Assembly: GCA_050290185.1 (NCBI GenBank)
Contig: JBNKHE010000001.1
Coordinates: 642,713-706,712 of the forward strand
Origin: Pontiella sp.
GTDB taxonomy: Bacteria > Verrucomicrobiota > Kiritimatiellia > Kiritimatiellales > Pontiellaceae
DNA length: 64,000 nt
Reading direction: 5' to 3'
Made by a program: the position numbers and the translations under genes. The notes below the pieces were generated by a model. The model saw nothing but the letters and a program-made list of their open reading frames with translations. It made no database searches and was not told where the DNA came from. Shown in pieces: positions 1 through 9,520 of this stretch (the first letter of the stretch is position 1; each line of letters begins with the position of its first letter).

Positions 1-717
1 CCGGTAGAGATTATCGATATGAACCGTATCGGTTAGATGCTGCGTAAAGGCAAAAGCCTCCAGATTTACCGGATCGGTAATCCGCCCAAACTGGACGTTG
101 GCAAGACCGAGCGTGCTATTGGTGGTACCGGTGGACCAATAGACATCGAATGTCTTCGCACTATTATCAACGACAAGCCAGATGTTGTACCATTGGCCGG
201 TGCTGATCGAGGTGATGGAGGTATCCCCAATATTATCGCCGTACGCTTTCAACTGCCCACCGGCGATGTAGGGCATGACCGAGTAATCCTGCCAGGAGTT
301 GTTTTCATCCACCGTAGCCGTATTCTCCGCTAATCCGAACATGCAATCGAAGCTGCTGTCTTCGACCATAAACTGGAAGAAATAGGTGGCCGTGTCCCCA
401 TCGGCAAGACTGTAATCGTTCGTGAAATTATTTTTGAGATCGGTTTCGGCCCCACGCCATGCGCCGCCACCGTATGCGGCAATCGACTGATCCCCGAACG
501 CATCATCGTCATAGATGTGCGCCCGGCTGGTTCCGTCTACGATGCCCACCCAAACATCCTGGCCCACCGCTGCATCATAGGTGATCCCATCACCGATCAG
601 GGTACTTGAGCTGTTATCGTAGGCATCATAATTATCGACGAGCGCCCACTGCGCCTGCGCGGCGGCCCCAAGCCCCAGCACCGCCGCACCAACCAATCTC
701 ATTTTCATTCCACTCAT
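1..717 (-). CDS. Secreted beta-sandwich-type surface protein, runs off the left edge of the window
   Basis: Manual translation MSGMKMRLVGAAVLGLGAAAQAQWALVDNYD...GQWYNIWLVVDNSAKTFDVY... is open to position 1; signal peptide with AQA cleavage; alternative in-frame ATGs at 708 and 702; absent from the ORF track. Confidence 0.8.
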   Translation of the reverse strand, partial: MSGMKMRLVGAAVLGLGAAAQAQWALVDNYDAYDNSSSTLIGDGITYDAAVGQDVWVGIVDGTSRAHIYDDDAFGDQSIAAYGGGAWRGAETDLKNNFTNDYSLADGDTATYFFQFMVEDSSFDCMFGLAENTATVDENNSWQDYSVMPYIAGGQLKAYGDNIGDTSITSISTGQWYNIWLVVDNSAKTFDVYWSTGTTNSTLGLANVQFGRITDPVNLEAFAFTQHLTDTVHIDNLYR

Positions 718-799
718 TTCTTTTGATATTGCGCAGGCCGCATGCCAGCTGATTTATAATAAAAATATAGCCCATTCCCCTTAAGGTAATGGGCCATTG

Positions 800-825
800 A
801 AAAAATCGGCGGCGCGGACGCCGCC
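800..825 (-). terminator. Intrinsic terminator after the PEP-CTERM gene
   Basis: GGCGGCG/CGCCGCC stem followed by a T-tract on the minus strand. Confidence 0.65.
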
Positions 826-849
826 AATATTTATGAACCACAAACACTA

Positions 850-1716
850 TTAGATCATGAAGCGGCGACGGGCAAACAACAGGCCTGCGCCAGCAATACC
901 GATCAGGCCAAGCGTGGCCGGTTCCGGAATGTTGGTGATAACCACGTTATCGACATAACCGTCCACCCGGTCTCCATGTCCGTCGCCGTACATGCCGCGG
1001 CCAACCGTCCAGCCATATTTCGGGCCGCTGGCACCTTCCACTTCACCGGTCTGCAAAGCAACTAGGGAGGAATCCGTGGCACCGCTTATATCCAAGGTGT
1101 TTTCCAAGGCACCGTTTACATAGAGGCGCAGAGTAGCTCCATCGCTGGTAGCTTTCACGTTGTACCATGAAGATGCGGATGCCAAGGTCGAGCCGTCCAG
1201 AATAAAACGGTCTCCGGACGCCGTCGCAAAGTTAATTCGGAAGGCGCCGGTATCGACCTTCTGCAGGTAGAGCGCCGCGGCATTTGCGTCACCGCCTAGA
1301 TTGATCCCATCCTTGCCGACGAGAGTCTGATAGCCACCAGTGCCATTGAAGTACACGTCCGCCTCGATCGACCACATGGCCAAGGCTCCGACAGCACTTC
1401 CGCCCAGCTGCAAGTCGCCGTCAGTCTGGGTTCCACCGAAGGATCCGGTTCTGTATCCAGCCAGCGTGGTGTTTCCGCCAATGTTCTGCGCCACGCCATA
1501 ACCACCATTGAAATAGTTGTAAAGGTGGTTTCCATTGCCCGAGGTGTCATCAATATAATCACCGTCATTGATTGTGACGAGATCGTTGGCGGTCAGGGTT
1601 TGACCATCCGTGGCGGCAACGCCATTGATGCTTTCATAATCCCAGCTCGCGATCACTGCCGCATGGGAAGCCGCAGCGAAAACAAGCATCCCTCCTAATA
1701 TTACTAATTTTCTCAT
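850..1716 (-). CDS. LamG-like jellyroll protein with PEP-CTERM sorting signal
   Basis: Start MRKLVILGG after AAGGAG SD; signal peptide ASHA; C-terminus IPEPATLGLIGIAGAGLLFARRR. Confidence 0.9.
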   Translation of the reverse strand: MRKLVILGGMLVFAAASHAAVIASWDYESINGVAATDGQTLTANDLVTINDGDYIDDTSGNGNHLYNYFNGGYGVAQNIGGNTTLAGYRTGSFGGTQTDGDLQLGGSAVGALAMWSIEADVYFNGTGGYQTLVGKDGINLGGDANAAALYLQKVDTGAFRINFATASGDRFILDGSTLASASSWYNVKATSDGATLRLYVNGALENTLDISGATDSSLVALQTGEVEGASGPKYGWTVGRGMYGDGHGDRVDGYVDNVVITNIPEPATLGLIGIAGAGLLFARRRFMI

Positions 1717-1737
1717 TTTTTCTCTCCTTTTGTTGAA

Positions 1738-1772
1738 TTGCCCCGCCGCCGGACCATCCGGTGGCGGGGCAA
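1738..1772. other. GC-rich intergenic hairpin, likely mRNA stabiliser or processing site
   Basis: TTGCCCCGCCGCCGGA...TCCGGTGGCGGGGCAA; no U-tract in the transcribed (minus) direction. Confidence 0.6.
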
Positions 1773-1790
1773 AAGTTCGGTGGGCTGTGG

Positions 1791-3770
1791 TTATTCCCCA
1801 TAGACACGGAAGAATTCCGCGGGGTCTCCGCTGACCGAGAAGCTGGTATTGTTTCCGGCTCCACCACTCAAGCCGGTTGCACCCGCCACGGGGTTCCAAG
1901 TGGGCGAAGTCAGGCTCGTTTTCCTTTCGATCCGGTAGGTGCCGATGACATCGGAATTCCAATTGATCGTTACGCTGCCACCTGCAATCGAGATCGAGTT
2001 GATCGTCGGGGCAAAGGCTGGGCCTCCGGGTGTCTCAACGAGCTGAATCGCATTGAAGCCACCATCGCCGCTCTGGGCACGGATAGCGATCACTCCTGCG
2101 GCACTGGCCGTGACGTTGGAGAAGACCACATAGTTGCCCGATGTATTCGTCGGCGTGGCCTGCACAAAGTCCTCGTAGGCACTTGCTGTGCTGGGCTGAC
2201 GAACGAGTTCCAGGGAGTTGGCCGCCGAACTCGTTCCATTCGTTAGCGTATAGGTAACTGCAGCCGAGGTGTTCCACGTCCATGTGAAATACACGTAGAC
2301 ATCGTAGGTGGAATTGGTATTGAGGCCCGATAGCAATACACTGCCGTCAAAGTTTGCAACTCCCCAATATCCTTGGTTCAACGCTGTGACGGGCGAACCG
2401 GCATTGGCGGAGCTCCAATCACGATTACTACCCGACCACGTAAAGTTTATACTGCTACTACCGTCGGTCGCATTGGTAGCCACGAGGGTGGCAGGTTCAT
2501 TCGTTGTGGTCGCAGAGGTCGAATCCTCGACATAGTTATTCCAATAGTTGGCTCCGGTTGAATCCCCGACAGCAGGAATGATTGTCCCGTTCGGCACCTC
2601 AACATTGGCGTTCGCCCGACCTGCAATGTTGATGTTGTACAAAATGCTGCCCGAAGGAATGGTTTTCGCTATAGTGAAAAACCAATCGTTGGTGGCTGCA
2701 TTGGATGCGTTGTCGACGTAAACCACCCTGCCGGTATATGATCCTTCGGCAAGATTGCCGGCCGAATAACTGATGGTATGGGATGAACCGCTAGTGGAAA
2801 AGCTGTCTTTAACCAGCACTCCATCCAGATAAAGACCTGCCGATGAAAGGGTTGCCGTCCCCCAATCAGAAATTTCGGCAGCCAGAACAACCGGATTGAC
2901 GGTAGGGCCTTCCGGAGACACGGAGTTAAGAACCAGCTCATTTTTGGAGAGGACAAAGGTGCTTAAATCCAATGCGGTATCCGAAATCGCCACCGCATCA
3001 ATTTTCCCGTTGAACCAATCGCCCCGGTTTCCCCCATACAGTCCGCGGCCCACCGACCACCCGCCGGCATGCCATTCGCTTCCGCTGGTTGTACCGATCG
3101 CCAGTCCACCCATGGCGGTGGCCGACGATGCAACCACGGCACCATCTAGATAGAGGGAAACCGTTGAGCCATCGCTCGTTCCCGCAAGATGATGCCATTT
3201 TTCGGGGTCGGCCAGGACGGTAACCGAGCTGATCAGCCGAACCCTATTGCCACTAACATCGGTAAACTCGAAAATAACATGATTGGCGTTATCAAGGCCG
3301 AAGTAGAGCGCGGCATTGGCGGCAGCACCTGACAAGTTCTGTCCGTCGCGGCCAACGAGGGTACGGAATGACCCATCACCGCCATCAACCGTGAAAAGGG
3401 CTTCAACCGTAAGATTCGTCGGGGTTGCCGTTTCGACATCGACTCCACTGGGGCCGCTCTGGGTGGACCAAGTGAAGGCCGACGGAGTGGTGCCGGATGG
3501 AGTAATGGCAAAATCTCCGGCATAACTGTTGTTCGTCCAAGTGTAGCCACCGTTGGACGAATCCCATACCGTCAAATGGTTTCCGTTTCCGGATTTATCT
3601 GTCGCCGCTTCGTTCCATACCGTATAGGCAGTCGAATCCGGCAATGCCACACCATCCGCGGCACCCAGCAAAGGGTCGTTGAAATCCCAATGTGCCAAGA
3701 TTGAGGCTTGCGAGACCGAAGCCGCCAACAGCGCCCCCGCAACTAGCATTGCATATCTACTTCTTTTCAT
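1791..3770 (-). CDS. Secreted LamG-domain multidomain protein with FFRV-type C-terminal domain
   Basis: GAGGAG SD; signal peptide SQA; LamG motif WHHLAGTSDGSTVSLYLDG; C-terminus INWNSDVIGTYRIERKTSLTSPTW...EFFRV. Confidence 0.85.
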   Translation of the reverse strand: MKRSRYAMLVAGALLAASVSQASILAHWDFNDPLLGAADGVALPDSTAYTVWNEAATDKSGNGNHLTVWDSSNGGYTWTNNSYAGDFAITPSGTTPSAFTWSTQSGPSGVDVETATPTNLTVEALFTVDGGDGSFRTLVGRDGQNLSGAAANAALYFGLDNANHVIFEFTDVSGNRVRLISSVTVLADPEKWHHLAGTSDGSTVSLYLDGAVVASSATAMGGLAIGTTSGSEWHAGGWSVGRGLYGGNRGDWFNGKIDAVAISDTALDLSTFVLSKNELVLNSVSPEGPTVNPVVLAAEISDWGTATLSSAGLYLDGVLVKDSFSTSGSSHTISYSAGNLAEGSYTGRVVYVDNASNAATNDWFFTIAKTIPSGSILYNINIAGRANANVEVPNGTIIPAVGDSTGANYWNNYVEDSTSATTTNEPATLVATNATDGSSSINFTWSGSNRDWSSANAGSPVTALNQGYWGVANFDGSVLLSGLNTNSTYDVYVYFTWTWNTSAAVTYTLTNGTSSAANSLELVRQPSTASAYEDFVQATPTNTSGNYVVFSNVTASAAGVIAIRAQSGDGGFNAIQLVETPGGPAFAPTINSISIAGGSVTINWNSDVIGTYRIERKTSLTSPTWNPVAGATGLSGGAGNNTSFSVSGDPAEFFRVYGE

Positions 3771-4192
3771 GTTCATCTCCTCTTGTTTTATACCCATAGC
3801 TCTAAATCAAAGAAATAGAGCCCGATCATCCATTTCGACGAACTGGAATCACACTTTGTTCATATATATAAACGGAAAAAACACGTGGATCCCCTCAGCA
3901 TATTTATACAAAGTTTGTTACACAGACAGCATCACCGGTAGGCCACATCGCACCCCGGCCACTAAACAAACCACAAAACCCTCTCTACAGGAAACTTACG
4001 ACTATTTCCACGAATCCTTACAGTCGACCAACAGGCCCGAAAGACGTTCAAAAACCTCCGCCTGACCGTGTAGAAACCGAGGTTTTCCAAACTGCCACGG
4101 CCGAGGGATGAAATCATGCAAGACTTGCACGCAATCATGATGAAAGCTTTTCGCATTGCACCGATCTATGAAGACTCGCATACTGGTTAATC

Positions 4193-4750
4193 ATGAATGA
4201 TTTCACCAGAGCTCTCCACTCGGTTGCCCAGGGGGATAACCATTCCTCCGATGCGCTACTGCCGCTGGTCTACGACGAACTCCGCAGACTGGCCTATGCA
4301 CATATGGCCCAGCAGTCGCCCAACCATACCCTACAACCGACCGCACTGGTCCACGAAGCATGGTTACGGATGGTCGGCAATGAAGATCGCACCTGGCAGA
4401 ATCGCACCCATTTCTTTGCCACGGCAGCGACGGCCATGCGGAATATACTCATCGATCACGCCAGAAAGAAATCGCGGATAAAGCGGGGCGGAGACCAGAT
4501 ACGGGTGGACATGGAGCATCTGGATTCCGTCGTTCCCGAGCTGGATGAGTTTATCTTGATGGTGGAGGAGGCGCTCCAGCGCCTGGAACAGGTGAATCCA
4601 AAATGGGCGCGCATTGTCGTCATGAAATACTATGGAGGAATGACCAACAAGGAAGTCGCCGGCGCTCTGGAAATAAGCGAAAGCTCGGTTGAGCGCTATT
4701 GGGCGGGAGCCAAAGCCTGGCTGCTGAACGAGATCCGTTCCCGGCCATGA
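4193..4750 (+). CDS. ECF sigma factor, TIGR02999-like (kinase-associated)
   Basis: LLPLVYDELRRLA, HTLQPTALVHEAWLR, AMRNILIDHAR; region 4 HTH. Confidence 0.92.
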   Translation: MNDFTRALHSVAQGDNHSSDALLPLVYDELRRLAYAHMAQQSPNHTLQPTALVHEAWLRMVGNEDRTWQNRTHFFATAATAMRNILIDHARKKSRIKRGGDQIRVDMEHLDSVVPELDEFILMVEEALQRLEQVNPKWARIVVMKYYGGMTNKEVAGALEISESSVERYWAGAKAWLLNEIRSRP

Positions 4751-4794
4751 CTGAAAACCAACGAAGGTCACGGACCTTCCAGAATGCGACCTGA

Positions 4795-7023
4795 ATGAAA
4801 AGCGATCCACAACCGAGCGAGAACATAGAGATCACACAGGCGGAACAGATTTATTTTGCAGCCGTTGATATCGAGGATACCGTTGAGCGAAGCGCATTCA
4901 TCGAGACCTCCTGTTCCGGCAATGAGGCCATCCGGTTAAAAGTGGATGCGCTTTTTAAACTGCAGGACCAAGCCACGAAAATCTTCGAAGCACGCAATCC
5001 TACCCGGATATCGGCGGTCGACATCGCCAATACCCTGACCGAAATCCCGGAATTCCATGCCCGCATAGGCTCGGTCCTGCCCGACGACACGGAAGTGGGC
5101 AAACGGATCGGCAACTACAAATTGCTACAGAGGATTGGCGAAGGAGGGGTCGGTAATGTCTATCTGGCCCAGCAGGAAAAACCGGTACGGCGGCAGGTGG
5201 CGCTTAAAATCATCAAGGCGGGCATGGATACCAAGAATGTCATAGCCCGTTTCGAGGCCGAGCGCCAAGCGCTGGCCATGATGGATCACCCGAATATCGC
5301 CCATGTACTGAACGCGGGCGAAACGGAAGCCGGTCGGCCGTACTTTATAATGGAACTGGTTCCCGGGGAGCGCATCACCACCTATTGCGACAACAACCAG
5401 ATTGGAATCAATCAGCGTCTGGAGCTGTTCATCCAGACCTGCCATGCCATCCAGCATGCCCATCAGAAGGGGATCATCCACCGCGACATCAAACCCTCCA
5501 ACGTACTGATTACACTTCACGATGGAGTCGCGAGCCCCGTTGTGATCGACTTTGGCATCGCCAAGGCCACCTCCGGCGATCTTCTTACCGATAAAACGGT
5601 CAACACCTCAATAGGCCCCTTGATCGGCACACCGGCCTACATGAGCCCGGAACAGACGAATCTGGCCCAAATGGACGTTGATACACGCAGCGATATCTAC
5701 AGCCTCGGCGTGCTACTTTATGAATTGCTCATTGGCATCCCTCCTTTCGATCAAAAGACCCTGCTCAAGACGAGCATCGACGAGATGAGCCGAATTATCC
5801 GGGAAATCGACCCGCCCCGCCCTTCGGTCAAGTTCAAGAACATGGACGACGAAGAGCGGGAGAATACCGCAAACAACCGTGGTATGGATGCCCGGAAGCT
5901 CTGCGCCATATTGGCGGGTGACCTGGACTGGATCGCCATGATGGCGCTGGAGAAGGATCGTGAGAACCGCTACGAAACCGCCAATGCCCTGGCCGTGGAC
6001 ATCGAACACTTCCTGCACAAAGAACCGGTTACGGCGCGCCCGCCGAGCCGGCGCTATCGTTTCCGGAAACTGGTGCGCCGCAACAAACGGATTTTCGCGA
6101 CGGCAACCTCGATCGGGCTCGCTCTGGTTGTAGGATTTGGCATGTCCAGCTGGTTCCTCGTCAAGGAACGCCAGAGCCGCAAACGGGCCGTTCAGGCGGA
6201 ACAGCAGCAGGCTCGCTTGCGCCTGAAAGCCGAGGACCGGGAACGCATTGCGCACGCCGCATTCCTCATCGGCCAGGAAAAGATGGAAGAGGCCGATCAA
6301 ATGGTGGCTCGTATCACGACGGAACTGACACCTTCATTGGAGACAGAATCCGTTCTGAAAAAACTCGGGGAATGGCACGCCCTGAGAGGTGAATGGGAGC
6401 AGGCCGCGAACCACTTCAATGTGTTGCTGAAGGTGGATATCATGGATGACTCCTGGGCGATCACTGACGACTTGTTGATGGCTGGCCCCCTGCTGATCGA
6501 GCGCGGGGATCTGCAAGGATATGAGCGGTTCCGAAAAGCCGCGATTGCCCGGTACCAAGAAACCACGGATCCGATTTTTGGAGAACGCACCCTCAAGATT
6601 AGCCTGTTGCTACCCGCAGATGCCCAAATGATGAAACAGCTGCAACCTTTAGCCGATGTCGCCTCGGACGCCACGCAGGGATCGATAGACACCATCATGA
6701 CGTCCTGGCGCTGTGTTTCCCTAGCCCTTATGGCCTATCGGCAGGAGTACTACCCCACCGCCATCGCGTGGTGTGAGCGTTCGCGTTCCTTCGGACAGAA
6801 TAATCAGGCGCGGATTGCGACAACCCGCATCATTCAAGCCATGGCCCATTACCGGCTGGAAGAAATTGAACCAGCACATTCAGACCTGGCGATTGGCCGC
6901 CAGATGACTGATGCGGCTTTTACCGAGGGACTGAGTATGGGAGATGGCATTAAAGGTTTTTGGTTTGACTGGCTCTTTGCCAACATTCTCCTTCGCGAGG
7001 CGGAAGCACTGATCATTCAATAG
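4795..7023 (+). CDS. Hanks-type Ser/Thr protein kinase with TM helix and TPR-like extracytoplasmic domain
   Basis: IGEGGVGNVY, VALK, HRDIKPSN, DFG, GTPAYMSPEQ, SDIYSLG; hydrophobic segment IGLALVVGFGMSSWFLV. Confidence 0.95.
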   Translation: MKSDPQPSENIEITQAEQIYFAAVDIEDTVERSAFIETSCSGNEAIRLKVDALFKLQDQATKIFEARNPTRISAVDIANTLTEIPEFHARIGSVLPDDTEVGKRIGNYKLLQRIGEGGVGNVYLAQQEKPVRRQVALKIIKAGMDTKNVIARFEAERQALAMMDHPNIAHVLNAGETEAGRPYFIMELVPGERITTYCDNNQIGINQRLELFIQTCHAIQHAHQKGIIHRDIKPSNVLITLHDGVASPVVIDFGIAKATSGDLLTDKTVNTSIGPLIGTPAYMSPEQTNLAQMDVDTRSDIYSLGVLLYELLIGIPPFDQKTLLKTSIDEMSRIIREIDPPRPSVKFKNMDDEERENTANNRGMDARKLCAILAGDLDWIAMMALEKDRENRYETANALAVDIEHFLHKEPVTARPPSRRYRFRKLVRRNKRIFATATSIGLALVVGFGMSSWFLVKERQSRKRAVQAEQQQARLRLKAEDRERIAHAAFLIGQEKMEEADQMVARITTELTPSLETESVLKKLGEWHALRGEWEQAANHFNVLLKVDIMDDSWAITDDLLMAGPLLIERGDLQGYERFRKAAIARYQETTDPIFGERTLKISLLLPADAQMMKQLQPLADVASDATQGSIDTIMTSWRCVSLALMAYRQEYYPTAIAWCERSRSFGQNNQARIATTRIIQAMAHYRLEEIEPAHSDLAIGRQMTDAAFTEGLSMGDGIKGFWFDWLFANILLREAEALIIQ

Positions 7024-7116
7024 AAAATGCAACCGTTGTCCGGGAAGCTCCCATAAGCGGCAGAAAACAGCGAATCACGGCTCAATCATCGTTCCGCACG
7101 TTTCGGTCTCCTCCAA

Positions 7117-7145
7117 TTGACACGGATTGCGTATCCCCCTATATT
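7117..7145 (+). promoter_or_regulatory. sigma70 promoter of thrS-infC
   Basis: TTGACA-N17-TATATT. Confidence 0.7.
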
Positions 7146-7179
7146 CACGCTCTTTTTACAGGAGATTTTTGAGCCTATT

Positions 7180-8931
7180 ATGAAAACGGAAATGACTGAT
7201 CTGGAAAAAATGCGCCATAGCTCGGCGCATGTGATGGCGGCGGCGGTGTGCCGTGTGTTCGATAATGTGCAACTGGATATCGGCCCATCGACCGACGACG
7301 GCTTCTACTATGACTTCGACCTGAAGGACCGCATCACGCCGGACGACTTCGAGCGCATCGAAGCCGAAATGCAGAAGATTATCGATGAAAACCATCCCTT
7401 CGAGGTCATCGAGGTTTCGCGCGACGAAGCGAAGGAAATCCTGAAGGGACAGACCTACAAGCTCGAACGCCTTGCCGAGATTCCCGAGGGCGAACAAATC
7501 ACCTTCTATAGCTGCGGCGAGTTCAAGGATCTCTGCCGCGGCCCGCACGTGGAGAGCACCGGCAAGATCAAGGCGTTTAAACTGATGAACGTGGCGGGCT
7601 CCTACTTCCACGGCATCGAAACCAATCCGATGCTCCAGCGCCTCTACGGCACGGCCTTCCCGAATCCCAAGGCATTGCGGATGTATCTCCAGCAGATCGA
7701 GGAGGCCAAGAAGCGCGACCACCGCCGCCTGGCCAAAGAGCTCGACCTCTTTTCCATTTCTGAAAACGTCGGTCCCGGACTGGTGCACTGGCACCCGAAG
7801 GGCGGTCGCATCCGTTCGATCATCGAGGATTTCTGGAAGCGCGAACACTTCAAGAACGGCTACGACATTGTCTACACCCCCCACGTCGGCAAGGCCAACC
7901 TGTGGGAAACCTCCGGCCACCTCGACTTCTACCGCGACGGCATGTATGCCGCGATGGACATCGACGGGCAGGAATATTTCATCAAGCCGATGAACTGCCC
8001 CTTCCACGTCGAAATCTACAAGTCCGGCCTCCGCTCCTACCGCGAACTGCCCTTGCGCTGGGCCGAGCTCGGAACGGTTTACCGCTATGAAAAGGCCGGC
8101 ACCCTGCACGGTCTCTTCCGCGTCCGCGGATTTACGCAGGACGATGCACATATCTTCTGCTCGGTCGAACAGATCGAGGACGAGGTGAAGGAAGTCATCC
8201 GCTTCTGCAACTTTATCTGGAAAACCTTCGGATTCACCGAAGTGAAAGCCTACCTTTCCACCCGCCCCGAAAAGGCGGTCGGCGAGGAAGCCCGTTGGGA
8301 CCAGGCCACGAAATCACTCGAAGCGGCGATCCAGGCCGAAGGCCTTCCCTACGAAATCGACGAAGGCGGCGGCGCGTTCTACGGCCCGAAGATCGACCTT
8401 AAGGTGAAGGATGCGATCGGCCGTGAATGGCAGACGAGCACCATACAGTTCGACTTCAACCTGCCGGAACGATTCGACCTGAAATACATTGGCGATGACG
8501 GTGAGGCACACCGGCCCTACATGGTACACCGTGCACTATTCGGTAGCATCGAACGCTTCTTTGGCATCCTCACCGAGCACTATGCCGGTGGATTCCCCGT
8601 CTGGTTGGCCCCGGAACAGGTGCGCATACTGCCGCTTTCCGACGACCAACTGGAATACGCCGAAACGGTGCTCGCCCAGTTGCGCGAGGTGGAAATCCGC
8701 GCCACGATCGACAAAAAGCAGGGCAAGCTGAACGGAAAAGTGAAGAACGCACAGCTGGACAAAGTGCCTTATATGCTTATTATCGGCGGCAAGGAACAGG
8801 AAAACGGCCAGGTGGCCGTTCGGCACCGGCTTGCTGGCATGAAAGGTGCATGCTCGCTGGAAGACTTTATAGCCCGGCTCAAAAGGGAAGAGCTGGAAAA
8901 GAGAACAGTAGACATGGAGGTCTCAGATTAG
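7180..8931 (+). CDS. thrS: Threonyl-tRNA synthetase (short form without N-terminal TGS domain)
   Basis: RHSSAHV, DLCRGPH, KPMNCP, FTQDDAH, GAFYGPKID, HRALFGSIERF. Confidence 0.97.
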   Translation: MKTEMTDLEKMRHSSAHVMAAAVCRVFDNVQLDIGPSTDDGFYYDFDLKDRITPDDFERIEAEMQKIIDENHPFEVIEVSRDEAKEILKGQTYKLERLAEIPEGEQITFYSCGEFKDLCRGPHVESTGKIKAFKLMNVAGSYFHGIETNPMLQRLYGTAFPNPKALRMYLQQIEEAKKRDHRRLAKELDLFSISENVGPGLVHWHPKGGRIRSIIEDFWKREHFKNGYDIVYTPHVGKANLWETSGHLDFYRDGMYAAMDIDGQEYFIKPMNCPFHVEIYKSGLRSYRELPLRWAELGTVYRYEKAGTLHGLFRVRGFTQDDAHIFCSVEQIEDEVKEVIRFCNFIWKTFGFTEVKAYLSTRPEKAVGEEARWDQATKSLEAAIQAEGLPYEIDEGGGAFYGPKIDLKVKDAIGREWQTSTIQFDFNLPERFDLKYIGDDGEAHRPYMVHRALFGSIERFFGILTEHYAGGFPVWLAPEQVRILPLSDDQLEYAETVLAQLREVEIRATIDKKQGKLNGKVKNAQLDKVPYMLIIGGKEQENGQVAVRHRLAGMKGACSLEDFIARLKREELEKRTVDMEVSD

Positions 8932-9478
8932 AAAATCAAACTTCAGAGATAGACAATCGCGCGAACCGCAGACCCGGATCAATCACCGCATCCGGATTCC
9001 GGAAATTCGCGTCATAGATTACAACGGCGACCAGCTGGGCATCATGAAAACCGGCGAAGCTCTCCGCCGCGCGCAGGAGTATGGACTGGATCTGGTGGAG
9101 GTTTCCCCCACGGCGAAACCGCCGGTTTGCCGGATTATGGACTACGGCAAGTACAAGTACGACGCCGAAAAACGCCAGAAGGAAGCCAAGAAAAACCAGG
9201 TGCAGACCAAACTCAAGGAAGTCAAGTTCCACGTCAACGTCGGCGACCACGACTACGAGACCAAGATGCGCAACCTGCGGAAGTTCATCGAGCATGGCGA
9301 CCGCGTAAAGGTATCGCTGATGTTCCGCGGCCGTGAAAACGCCCACCGCGAACTCGGGTTTGAAGTGATCCAGCGCGTCATCAAGGACACCGTGGAAATC
9401 ACCTCGGTCGATCAGGCTCCGCGCCTGCAGGGCCGTTTTGTGCACGCCATTCTCGTGCCGAAAAAAACCAAGGCCTGA
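8927..9478 (+). CDS. infC: Translation initiation factor IF-3 with ATT start
   Basis: In-frame extension upstream of 9044 gives RINHRIRIPEIRVID; ATT at 8927 preceded by GGAGG at 8916-8920; LDLVEVSPTAKPPVCRIMDYGKYKY. Confidence 0.92.
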   Translation: MRKSNFRDRQSREPQTRINHRIRIPEIRVIDYNGDQLGIMKTGEALRRAQEYGLDLVEVSPTAKPPVCRIMDYGKYKYDAEKRQKEAKKNQVQTKLKEVKFHVNVGDHDYETKMRNLRKFIEHGDRVKVSLMFRGRENAHRELGFEVIQRVIKDTVEITSVDQAPRLQGRFVHAILVPKKTKA

Positions 9479-9520
9479 TTTCATCCTCGACCCCGAATCC
9501 ACGACCCGGAAGCCGTTGCC

